NCBI GenBank assembly: GCA_023920165.1
Contig: CP089276.1
Coordinates: 3,224,001-3,288,000, forward strand
Origin: Curvularia clavata
Lineage: Eukaryota
DNA length: 64,000 nucleotides
Reading direction: 5' to 3'
Shown here one piece after another: positions 35,387 to 47,643 of this stretch. A program made the translations under genes and the position numbers. The notes beneath the pieces were generated by a model that searched no databases, had not been told where the DNA came from, and saw nothing but the letters and a program-made list of their open reading frames with translations. Within the stretch, counting starts at the first letter, position 1, and each line of letters begins with the position of its first letter.

Positions 35387-37488
35387 TCATTTTCCACTCG
35401 GTGTCATTGGGCGTGATCCAGAAACAAAGGCTCGAGATCCCTTCCTTGATTCTAGTGGAGCTGGCTGGCGCTTCCCGTCCTCAGGCTTTAGTTCGCCCGT
35501 CAGCCATTGGCCCATGTGTGTCTGCCACCTCTTGGGATCTTCTGCCTTGGTGGCTTCTCTTAATCGTCTGTGCCGCACCAGTCTCTCTGCCACCTGTTTG
35601 AGGACAACTTTGGGAGGTTGATATTCAGTCAGGCCTCCAGGACTTGCGACTGTGTTTCGGTCGAGATATGCCCTTGTTGCTGTATCCATTATGGTAAGAG
35701 TTTTGCCTCCAGAAACAGTTTTCGTTTCTTGGGTTTGCGGATTCGTCCATTTACCCTTTACCCAATGGTCGAGCGGTAGACCCTCAAGACCTTTGTCAAC
35801 ATTCAGGCGCTTGTACCATCGGTGTTCTCCTTTGGCAATTGTACGCATCATCTTGTGACGGTCCTCACCTTCCGTGTACTTGATCAATAGGTTTTTGAAA
35901 ACGGCTAGTTTCTCGCTCCATTTTTGAAGGGCCTTGACCTTTCCCAATGGACCTGGCCAGGCGGTGGCGAAGCCGTCGTTGCTTGTATCTGGGCGTCCGG
36001 TTCCGATTGAAAGCAAGAGTGCTGGCTCTCTATCATCTCCCTTCAGAGACGCGTGCTCGCTGTAGGCTGCATACGAGGGGTTGTTTTCGCGGATTCCACC
36101 GTCTTTGAAGTTCTTCCTCAAACCGTTACCAAACTCGGCTGTGAGCATTTCGAAGTAGAAAGGAGCGGCTGATGTCGCTCTGGTTACTTGCCAGATTTTC
36201 ATTTTATCGGCACCGGTATTGTAAGGTGTAACCCAAGGCGGAGCGATGTCAGGGTCATACTGGTGGTTGTAGGATCGAAGGAGGTATGCTTCGTCGATTT
36301 GACCAGAGTGAATAGCCGTCAGACAGATTCTATTAGGTGTTAGCATGGGAACAGAGTTAGAGCTAGGGTAGGGTAGAGTTCTTGAGGGCTATGGGTGATG
36401 AGGGGTAGAATCATGCGACAAATACATGTCACTGAAAAACGACGAAACGAGGAGCATAAAAAAGCCAGCGCCATGTATTTACCACAAAAGACGAAAGGCA
36501 AAAAAGGACGATATATCGGGAAGTGTATCTGCCATACATACCCATGTTTCGTCTTATTCACCTTTCATCTTTTGTCGGTTTTCAACATCGCGTGACAAAT
36601 ACGCGGCACTGCGAAACGACGGGACTTGAAGCATAAAAATAAACAGATAAAAGTAAAAGGAGAGGTAAACTTACGATTGGCATATGCGCTCCACTGGCTT
36701 GAAATCGGTAGACGGAGCACCGCTGCCCCAGGTGTTTGCACTTCGCAACGAGTTGATGCCTGAGCTTTCCATAGGGGCCTGTGTCTGTTCTTGGGCCTCG
36801 TCGTCCAGATGCCAAGGGTACCAGTCGTCGCCTTTACATTTATCGTGCTCCTTGCAGTACTGCCTTACAATGTCTTGTACAGCCTTTTCCAGGGGTTTGT
36901 GGTCGTATTTGGTAGCGAGTGGCAGAATGTTGCGTCTGTGCCCAAACAGTTCATGGCCAACCTTGCGGTAGATGTCGAGACATTGGGGAACCGTCATTCG
37001 TAGGCGTGCCAGCATAACCGAGATGAGGCCACCAGTGCTCGTGCCATACATGTAGTCAAAGTAGTGGCAGGGGAGCAGCTCATCCTCGTTGAACTCGCGG
37101 CGTTCGCTGCCAGGCACCGGGCCTTCCTCTTCTTGTATTCGGCGCTCGCATTCGGCAACATCGCGCATCAGTTGCTGTATGATGAGGAGGCTCGAGTAGC
37201 CGCGTATGCCTCCGCCGTCTATGTGAATACGTTAGCATAACGTTGAGCTTGGCGCATGGGCAACGGGATGGATTGCAGTCTGACCATAGGTAGCGCTGAC
37301 TGCTGACTGGGCGGCTAGCTGCAGGCGTAGACTGACGTACCTAAGGTAAGTATAAGATCCTCCCAGCAGTTCTCGGCAGTAACATTCATCTTCCAGGTCT
37401 CTCCCGTCTTGTCCTCCTGGGTCGCACTGGTACCCATGGTTCTTATGCTGAGCGGCCGCGACGCCGTCTCTCGCGGGGGTTGCAACAT
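35387..37488 (-). CDS. Patatin-like phospholipase; introns 37219-37340 and 36330-36674
   Basis: Spliced LTL|DGGGIRG oxyanion loop; FDYMYGTSTGG nucleophile elbow; RATSAAPFYF; FKDGG catalytic Asp; LLSIGTG. Confidence 0.92.
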
Positions 37489-38899
37489 GGCGAAGGCGCG
37501 TGGGTTCGGCGTAGGATGGTTCTAATATGGCTCGGCGTGGGCGCGTGGATTGGGTGGTTAGCGTCGGACGCTTTCACAGCAGGTTGCTAGTGGTTTGCGT
37601 GATTTTACGGCGACGATCCGGTTGGGGTGAGGTAGGAGGGGCGAGGATAGATTATCGAGGATATAAGGCCTGAGGTAGCCTCATGACAGACTGGCGCGTT
37701 CCTGCTCCAGGCGCAAACAGGGAGCAGGTGAGAGGGTGGGCTGCGGCAGTGGCTGCGGCGCCGCTAGAGAACGGGGCCGCCTGGGGAAGCGACCAATGCG
37801 ACGAATTAGCGGCCACGCCCTCGCAGTAGTCTTGCAGCCTACTTCTCGACCGACGCTGGTTACTACTACTATTATGACCCTCGACCTGCCAGCCCCTGAT
37901 GCTCTGGTGTACTGCGGAGAATAATGGTCAGCCCGCCTATTGCACCACCCAGGTTTTGGCCGTGCTATGACGACAACAATGGACGACGAGGAGTCAGAGG
38001 GAGCCCTTTTTTCTTTGGCAGTTTTTCTTGCATGGGGCTGAGCTGAAATAGTGTAGAGCTGACATATGCAGGGGGTCCAAAACCCATCTGTAGGCAAACT
38101 TTGCCTGGTCTGCAAACAGGGCTGGAGAAGCCGCGCGAAGCACCTCAGGCATAGTATAATCAATAGCTGCGAGCAGCCCTATACAGGCAGAGTTATGTCT
38201 CGACAGCGTGAGAGTGTTGATCCCCAGAGCGATGTAACAATCTTGCCAGCTTGAGGCCATCACATGCACATGGCCGTATCAGAACGCCATGCAGGTGACT
38301 TGGTCGGCAGCCCGTTGCTCTCTGGTAAACGGTCTTGCACCGTGGGGTGTTCGTCATGCGCACCGCAAGCATGTGTCATCCTGGGCCAGTCGGTGAAGCC
38401 AGTGCGCGACCGTGTCGGTTTGTCTATGCTGCAACATTTGCGCGCAAAGAGCGTTTGCGTTGCTTCAAGTTGAGTGTGGGAGAGACGTCCATGTGCCAGT
38501 GGGTGGACCAATCAGAGCGGCCCTGAGCACAGCCATCATGTTGACCAATCAGCGTGCTGATCGGCCGAGGTGCCAGCGGCGACATCATACCACCGTCAGC
38601 CACACTACGTGGCGCAGCGTCCGCGCCCAAACGCCCAGGCGTGACGCTGCTGCTGGAAGCCTCTGGGCTCGACGGGCCGGCCGCACCCAGACCGTCACTC
38701 CACCTTCACCTTGGACTCACAAGACCCACTGCTGCCCACGGCTATACAAAGCACGCTCCACCTGTTTCCCTTTGCCTTCACAAACCAAACGTCCTCAACA
38801 AAATCCCGTCACCACAACTTGGTCCACCCTCTCCATACTCCTCCTCGCCTGCCTAGACTAGCGTCGCAGCCTCACCTTTCTTCTTCAGTCACCGCGCGA

Positions 38900-39472
38900 A
38901 TGCTGGATGCAAGTATGACGTTCAAGTCGGTCTCGACTTCTGGTTCAGAGTCCAGCAAGGCCAGCTCGCTTTTCGATCTCGACGAAAACGGCACAAAGCC
39001 CATTCTTGTCTACAAATACCGCTCGGGCGCCAAAGGTCTCGAAGTGAAGACGGAACGCGACTTATGCGCCGAACTCGACAATGGTAAGAGTGCCTACCCC
39101 ACTCTGAGCTAACATGGCGAGCCTAACACGACCAAACCAGACCCTTCGCTGCCCTTTCTTCGCGTCACCAGGAAGCCTATCCCGCGTGGTAACAGTCGTC
39201 TTGACATTCTCAACGAAGACCTCCTAGCCCCGTCGGAGCGCGAGAAGTACGCCGAGAAGCCTACCCTCAAGGCGTCCGTCGCCAATGTCGGACTGCCTTC
39301 GCTCGCCAAATGGAAGCACATGCTCATGGGCAGCTACGAAGACCTGTACATTGTCTCTCGCCTGCATACCCCTTCGCCTGAAGCAAGCAAGAACAACAGT
39401 CCCGAGTCCAGCCAGCACGTCAGCCCGGCGGCCACGTTTCCCAACGAGGCGCTGCATAGTCGGGATGCCTAA
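38900..39472 (+). CDS. Hypothetical 171-aa protein; intron 39084-39140
   Basis: GTAAGA donor, CTAAC branch and CAG acceptor join two exons in frame to TAA 39470-39472. C-ending codons are frequent; two CCAAT boxes lie upstream. Confidence 0.65.
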
Positions 39473-40166
39473 GCACCTCGCTCGTGACCCAGCTCATGTT
39501 CTCTTTCTCCTTTATGTATACTCATGATTTGTCCTCGATACCCGCCGAGCACAACGGCACTGGATGGAGTTTACGGTATCCCTGTTCCACACGGCTGTCC
39601 TAGAAGCCTCAGTCTTTAGATAAGCGTACTAGAAGTAGGCTTTCAAATTAAAATTCTTCAACAAGTGCTTCTCAACATGCCTGTGACTGTATCCACGCTC
39701 GCCAAAGCCCATGCCGTGACGATTCGTAGTCAAAAAAAAGAAGACCATAACAACAATAACAACAAGACGGGATAGTCGTTGCATCCAAGTATTGGACCCG
39801 GACGGAGCATGGGCAGAGAGCGAGCAAAGAGCTATTGTTTTGACGGTGGATCCTTGCCAGCCTAAATTAGGACATGGCTTGAGAACATGGGATCGCAGAA
39901 AACGTGCCGAGGCCAAGGTCACAGTGGTAAACAAGACGCAGACGGCCTGCAGAGGACTAGCTACTAACGCCCGCTTTGCATCATGGTGTATGCAAACAAC
40001 CCCGTCTTGCACTCTGAGTTTGGATGCACGCATCTAGTCACAGCCCTCGCCAATTGAAGGCCTGCACGCACGCACAAGCAAATGACGTCTGCAGAAGGAT
40101 CCTGTCTGCAAAGCTTTTCTCTCGTTTTTGCGGCCTGGAAGCAGACTGCCTGCTATCTTGTATACA

Positions 40167-40174
40167 CACGTGGG
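40167..40174 (+). promoter_or_regulatory. PHO-box (Pho4/NUC-1/PalcA-type) CACGTGGG upstream of VTC4
   Basis: CACGTGGG ~240 bp before the VTC4 ATG; VTC genes belong to the PHO regulon in yeast. Confidence 0.55.
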
Positions 40175-40410
40175 AGCATCGGGCCTTCTCAATGGCTGGA
40201 TGCAACGGCAGACCCATTTCTGCACCCATCCGAAGGCGCTAGGGGCCCGGAGCTCCACCAGACAGGCGGGGAGCTTCAGGTTGGGTCGGAACTTTTGCTG
40301 GGGCCCTGCAGCTGCATTGAAGCTTCGACTGTGCTTTTGCACCTCCAAAACATCCTCACTTTCCTTGGCTACCTTTTGGCTGCCGTCCGACTGTCCCAAT
40401 CTCGCCCACC

Positions 40411-42988
40411 ATGAGGTTTGTCCACACCAGCTTCAACTCGAGGCAATGCCGTCGCGCCATGCTCTGCCCAATGGCCGCATCGCGCGGATGATGTCAACCC
40501 GAGCTAATGCGCGTTCACAGGTTCGGCCAGCAGCTCAAGCAATCGCTCAACAAGCAGTGGGTCTTCTACTACATCGACTATGAGGGCCTGAAGAACTCGC
40601 TGCGCGTCCACCATGTCTGGGACGAGAAGTCGGAGCAGGCCTTCGTCGAGCAGCTCGAGAAGGAGCTCGACAAGGTCTACACGTTCCAGCGCGTCAAGGC
40701 CGAGGAAATCATTCGTCGCATAGCAGCGTCCGAGAAGGAGGTCAACGATGCAGTCGCACGCGCCCAGCAGGATCCTACGCACCCAGAAAACTACGAGGAG
40801 GACTTTGACCTGCTCGAGGAAGACCTGAGCGACATCATCGCCGACGTCCACGACCTGGCCAAGTTCACCCAGCTCAACTACACGGGCTTCCAGAAGATTA
40901 TCAAGAAGCACGACGTGCGTATAAAACTCAGAGTGGATTTGTTCTACTGCTAATTGCGTCCAGAAAAACACCAGCTGGTTCCTCAAGCCCGTCTTCGCCG
41001 CCCGTCTCAAGCGCAAGCCCTTCTTCCAAGACAACTACGACTCGTACGTCGTCAAGCTATCCAAACTCTACGACATTGTTCGCACCCGAGGAAACCCAGT
41101 CAAGGGCGATTCTTCGGCCGGAGGAAAGCAACAGAACTTTGTCCGCCAGACCACAAAGTACTGGGTGCACCCAGACAACATCCTCGAGTTGAAGCTCATC
41201 ATCCTCAAGCATTTGCCCGTGCTAGTCTTCAACCCTAACAAAGAGTTCAACGAGGAGGATTCCGCCATCACGTCCATCTACTTTGACAACACCGAGACAT
41301 GGGAGCTGTACGAGGGTCGTCTGAAGAAGACCGAAGGCGCCGAAGCCATTCGACTTCGTTGGTACGGAGGCATGTCCAGCGACACCATTTTCATTGAGCG
41401 CAAGACACACAGAGAAGACTGGACAGGAGAGGAGTCTGTCAAGGCCCGCTTTAAGCTCAAGGAGAAGAATGTCAACGCATATCTCCGCGGCGAGCTTACA
41501 CCTGAACAAATCTTTGAAAAGGAGCGCAGGGAACAGAAGAGGCCAGAAAAGGACATTGCTTCCGACGAGCAGCTGGCACGGGAGATCCAGTACCGTGTAC
41601 TCACCCGCAAGCTCGAACCCGTCACGCGTTCCTTCTACCACCGAACTGCCTTTCAGCTTCCCGGAGATGCCCGTGTTCGTATCTCACTTGACACGGAGCT
41701 TACCATGACCCGCGAGGACAATCTAGACGGCAAGGTCCGCTCTGGTGACAACTGGCGTCGGACCGACATTGGTGTCGACTGGCCCTTTAAGCAGTTGCCC
41801 AAGGAGGACAAGGAGCTTTTCCCATATGCTGTCCTCGAAGTCAAGCTACAGACACAGGCTGGAGGCGAGCCACCACAGTGGATTCGGGACCTCACAGCCT
41901 CCCACCTGGTCGAGGCCGTACCCAAGTTCTCCAAGTACATCCACGGCACAGCCACGCTTAACCCCAAGCGCATCCACTTGCTTCCGTACTGGTACCCTCA
42001 GATGAATGTTGACATTCGCAAGCCTGTCAGCCACAACTTTGGCATTGAGCGACCTGGCGCGAGCAACGATATCAGCAGTAGCGGCAACCTGGATGATGAC
42101 AGTGACGACGACGATGTGGGTGCTGGTCTCCCTCCTTCCAATGGAAACGAGGATGATGATCGGCTGAGGAGGTTGCGCGAAGCCAGAGATGCCATGGAAC
42201 AAAACGAGATGGCCAGAGCCCGTGACTATGGTACTCTAACCAACGGCAACGATCCCAATGTGCTGGATGTTGAGGAACGTGTCGCTGCCAGGCGTACGGC
42301 TGACAGCGATTATCCCATCTACGACTCGGACAGCGACGATGAAGACGATGACTTTGAAGCTGCCAAGAGGGCAGGAGGTCTTCGCTATGCCCGCAAGTGG
42401 GCCGAGCGAACAGCATCCAATGTTGGAAGCGCAGTTCTTAACACGGTCGTCGCCATTATCCCCAAGCCCACTCCCACTGATGTCGGCGAAGGAGGCTTCA
42501 CGCTCGGCGTGCCCAGCTGGAAGCAACGCGGAGAAGTGAAGCGATTCAAGGCTCCCAAGGGCAAGCGTAAGTTGACAAGGAAATTCTTTTTCGAAAACAC
42601 CACACTAACATACCAACCAGGCATTCACGTTCCCGTCCGTGTCGAGCCCAAGGTACAGCTAGCAACCGAGCGCACCTTCCTCTCATGGCTCGAGTTCTCC
42701 ATCCTCATCGGCTCCATTGCTGCCACACTACTCAACTTTGGCGACTCGCTCGCTTTCGCCGCTGCATGGGCATTCACCATTATTGCATGCCTTGCGCTGC
42801 TGTACAGCGCTGGACTGTACATCTGGCGCGTCAACAAGATCAGGGAGAGGAGAGCGGTTACCTACCATGACCGGTGGGGTCCTACCCTGCTCTGCTTTGG
42901 TCTGCTGTGCGCCGTTGCCGTCAGCTTTGGCTTCCGGTTTGGAAAAGGTGGTGACCATGGAAGCCTCAAGGGAGGTATGAAGGGTTGA
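40411..42988 (+). CDS. VTC4: Vacuolar transporter chaperone 4, polyphosphate polymerase (SPX-VTC-TM); introns 40416-40520, ~40915-40963 and 42567-42620
   Basis: [29 protein letters not shown] (SPX); [53 protein letters not shown] and 3 TM helices. Confidence 0.96.
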
Positions 42989-43505
42989 GTGAGTAATCAC
43001 AACGGGAACATGCATTTTTGTATTGTGTTGGTGGAGAATCGGGCGCGGAAAATTCCTCTTGTTGGTTTCGTTTGTTTTGGATGGAGAGTTACTCGAGCGT
43101 TGTTGTCAATTTTTTTGGGTGTATTATTGAGCGATGAAGACTGTAACAAAACGAGAAACTGTATGTTGACTGTAGGTTAATTCAGTAACTGTTGTATGAA
43201 TGTCTTGTCAGGTCCAAGATGTGTCGTGATGTCTTCGTTTTACAGGTGTGTTGAGCAAAATGTACTTTGATTTGGTACAGCATATGAACCATGGAGGCTG
43301 GGGGTATCATGATTTTTTTTTCTTTGAGTCGTAATAACCAGCGTTTATCTCGTTTCCGATGTCTTCGGGTATTTTTGGACATACGGGTACGCCTTTCTCC
43401 TACACTTACTCTCGCCCTCTAAATGCTACCGAGATCCCTCACCAAAAGAAGAGCAATGAAAAACGCCGCCAATGCAGATGTGTCTATCTTTCAAAAGGAG
43501 AAAGA

Positions 43506-44445
43506 CTACATGTCCATGTCCGCCTCAGGTTCGAGGTCCTTTGGTTCCTTTGGTTCTTGCGATTCGTGGAACTGTATAGCGTCGTCGATATAACTCAGCA
43601 CCGCGCTCAGACTGTCCTCATCCTGAACGTCGAGCTTGAGGAAGGACACCATGCTGAAGCCATCAATGAGCTCCGCAACCGCCTTGTTCAGCTTGTGGAA
43701 CGACGACCCGCTCATCAGACTCTCTTTCGACGCTGGGTCTCTATATTTCCTCTCTTCCTCTGGTGCCACCTTGCGCGCTGGGTCGTCCTCAATCAAGTCC
43801 GCGTCCACGTCAATGAAGCGCTTGAGGTCGCGCTTCGCTACCTGCCCTTTGACCAGATCCATCTTACTCAGTATATTGATGTGCGGCATCTCGAGCATCA
43901 TCATGGCGCTCATGGCGGAGAGGGTGCCGGAGAAGAACTTGGGACGGTCGATGACAAAGGTTGCTTCGAGCAGGTAGGTGGCGCACATGCGCATGTTGAG
44001 CGAGCCCGACATGAGGTGTTTGACCAAGCCTGGTAGGATGGGAACGTGCGTGTACAGCTCAATCTGGCCGGGCATATCGAAGACGATGAGATAGTCGTCG
44101 GTGACTTCCTCGAGCGGGTCCGTCAGCCAGTCGAGGTTTTCCATGAGGAACTCAAAACAGTAAATCAGGCCGCCGTTGGGGCCGAGACTCATTTCCTCCA
44201 TGACATCTTCGAGGCTAATGAGGTCCTTGATGTCAAGATCGGGCTCGAAGGCGAATTCTTCGGCTGCCGGGTCGAGGTTGACGTAGAAGCAGGGCCGCTT
44301 GACGTTTTGCAGGTGCTGGATCAGGGCGGTGCAGAAGGTGGATTTGCCCGCGCCGGCTGGGCCCTAGGGCGGCGGTCAGCGACGTTTACTTGGGCACATA
44401 GGGTGAGACGGGCATTACCATAACCAGGGTGCCATACTTGCTCAT
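43506..44445 (-). CDS. GPN3: GPN-loop GTPase 3; intron ~44365-44418
   Basis: [60 protein letters not shown]. Confidence 0.93.
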
Positions 44446-44890
44446 TGTCGCGGTTCAGGATGGGTTGGAGTAACGCGCGTCATGCGCCCTGGGACGAAAC
44501 GTTGTCGGCGCTCACGCCCGCAGTGGGACACTTTTCTGCCAGGCGGACGGGCGGTGTGTGGCGTGTGGGGAGGGCGTGGGATTGGCTGGGCAAAGGCTGC
44601 TCGCTCAACGAGGGCGGACAATGGCGTGCTAGTGCGGCAGTCACAGTTCGGCCTTAGCCCGCGCGGTTTACTCTGGTCGTGCACGTTTTTTTCGGCAATT
44701 TGAGAGAGACCGCCAATTCTGCTGCTGCATAAATCCACTCCTGCCCCTCCATTCCTGTCCCCCTCCTTTCTCTCTTCACTCACATCCGTCTTCTCTTACC
44801 CCCCTTCTTCCGTCAATACACACGCGGTCGCAAGTCCTACACTAGTTCTCGCTCTTTTCTTTCACTCCCCCCATAACTACATCTGTCACC

Positions 44891-46362
44891 ATGACTGTCC
44901 CCAACGGCTCCGCAAAGGTATGGACCCTCGAGAAAAAAAGTCGCCGATAAGACTCCCCGACTTGATTCTAACAGTCATTCAGGGTAACACCTTCCTCTTC
45001 ACCTCCGAGTCCGTCGGTGAGGGCCACCCCGACAAGATCTGGTAGGTTTTGCCTGTTCCCCTAGTTCCCAACCTCCGGCGACATTCGGTCTTTTTTTTGT
45101 CGGCGCGATAAGGACCAGAGCGAAGGATGCCTAGGTCGGGATAACAAGAATTCCCGAATATGGCCCCCAACCTCTACCTACAATGAGAAACTCCGTCTGA
45201 TCAAGTGCTAACTGTCATGCAGCGATCAGGTCTCGGACGCTATCCTCGATGCCTGCCTCAAGGAGGACCCTCTGTCCAAGGTCGCCTGCGAGACGGCCGC
45301 CAAGACTGGTATGATCATGGTTTTTGGTGAGATCACCACCAAGGCACACCTCGACTACCAGAAGATCATCCGCAATGCCATCAAGGACATTGGCTACGAC
45401 TCTTCCGACAAGGGCTTTGACTACAAGACTTGCAACGTCCTCGTTGCTATTGAGCAGCAGTCGCCCGACATTGCTCAGGGTCTCCACTACGAGGAGGCTC
45501 TTGAGAAGCTCGGTGCCGGTGACCAGGGTATCATGTTTGGCTATGCCACCGATGAGACCCCTGAGCTCCTTCCTCTGACTGTCCTCCTTTCCCACAAGCT
45601 GAACGCTGCCATGACCGCTGCCCGCAAGGACGGTTCCCTCCCATGGCTGCGTCCCGACACCAAGACCCAGGTCACCATTGAGTACGCTCACGATGGCGGT
45701 GCCGTCATCCCTCTCCGTGTCGACACTGTCGTCGTCTCTGCCCAGCACAGCGAGGACATTACCACCGAGAAGCTCCGTGAGGAGATTAAGGAGAAGATCA
45801 TCAAGAAGGTCATTCCCGAGAAGATGCTTGATGACAAGACCGTCTACCACGTATGTGTTCTTTCACACTACATCATGTTTGACTATTCTAACATTTTTTG
45901 TAGATCCAACCCTCCGGTCTCTTCATCATCGGTGGTCCTCAGGGTGACGCTGGTCTTACCGGCCGTAAGATCATTGTCGACACCTACGGTGGCTGGGGTG
46001 CCCACGGTGGTGGTGCTTTCTCCGGAAAGGACTACTCCAAGGTCGACCGCTCTGCTGCCTACCTTGCCCGCTGGATCGCAAAGTCGCTCGTCAACGCCAA
46101 GTTGGCCCGCCGTGCGCTCGTCCAGCTGTCCTACGCCATTGGTGTTGCCGAGCCCCTCTCCCTCTTCGTCGAGACCTACGGAACCTCGGACAAGTCCTCT
46201 GACGAGCTCGTCGAGATCATCCACAAGAACTTCGACCTCCGTCCCGGTGTCATTGTCAAGGAGCTGAACCTCATTGACCCCATCTACTTCCAGACCGCTA
46301 AGAACGGCCACTTCACCAACCAGAGCTTCACTTGGGAGAAGCCCAAGGAGCTCAAGTTTTAA
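44891..46362 (+). CDS. SAM2: S-adenosylmethionine synthetase; introns 44918-44982, 45042-45222 and 45851-45903
   Basis: [55 protein letters not shown]; strong codon bias. Confidence 0.98.
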
Positions 46363-47643
46363 TTCTTGTTTCCTTCTTAATGCTAGACGCATAGACGTGG
46401 GATTGAATCAACTTCATCCCACAAAAGAACCTTTGAGATTTATGATGACGAACGACCATCGCATGAGAGAGAAAGATTTGCATATCTTTTGGGAGGCGGG
46501 TTAAACAAGAGCCTTTTCAACAAGTGTTTCACGGCGTCCAGGGGCACCAAGTGTTTTTCTTCCAAACACCCATGATACCAGCCCGTTTGAGTTCCTTCCT
46601 TTCCCAAAAAAGTCAGCGGTAGGGTTTCCCTACCTTTTCCATTATGTAGAAAGAAAGCAGCCTAGGGCAGGCAGCTTCTTAGAGAGACAGGAGAAAAAGC
46701 TTCAACAATTGGGGCCCCAAGTGCGATATTCAACGCGCACGTTGGCCTTTTTTCTTTCTTTGCGCAATACTTGCGCAGGTGGAGGAAGTTTTTAGGGAGA
46801 TAAGGGCAGTAGGAGAGAAATGGAATATGAGCCAGCCTGTCTGCTGTTAGGTTAATACCTTCGGTACAGATGGGCAGAGAGCTCTTTTATCGAGGCATAT
46901 GCTTGTTCCTTTCTTGCGTCGTTGTGTGTGTGTGAGTTAACCAGTGAAGTCATAGTATCGGTACATACGTAACACTTGTGTCGAGATGAACACATACTAC
47001 CAAGAAGTCGGGTGTCTAACCTATACCGCCTCTACCCTTCTTTCCTTCTTGGCACGTGTCTACTAGGTAGCACAAGGGGAAAAAGGCGGTAAACAACGGA
47101 CATCCCTCCCCTTTTTTTTTGTGCAGAACCACGTGCCACTTCTCATGCGGTCTGTGTCCCCCTGCTTTCTGGTTTATTTTACACGTGTGTTTTAGTTGGA
47201 GTTTTTTATCAGGAGAGGAACTAAATAAATAGATCAGGGGTCCTAGACTATACACACCGTACCTCGTGACCACCTGTCTTCTCTGAGCACGATGATTTCG
47301 AGTCTGCACAGGTAGTGTTTTTTTAAAAGCCATGGGCTAGTTCTGCAAGCAAGTTGTGACAATAGTTGGAAAGAGGTAAATATGTGATATATATATGATA
47401 ATAATAATACATGATAAGAAGAGTGTGACGATGCGTTTGCAGTGATAGTATGTATAGTGAAGGAGATGGTAAACAAGAAAACACGGCTATGCCAAGGCCT
47501 AATCCTAGAGGCTCTGATGGTTCAAAGCGAAACGGTTCCATGGGGCCAGAGAATATGGAGAAAAAAGGCCCCTAACCTACTCTTCTGTCCTCTAATCCGT
47601 CTATTCGTTTGATCGTTCATTCATGCATGCATTCATACGGCTT

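Noticed and set aside
45042..47000. METTL16 target (UACAGAGAA) in the SAM synthetase intron or 3' UTR
   Set aside because: Only partial look-alikes are present (TACAATGAGAA ~45178, TACAGATGG ~46865); there is no consensus match.
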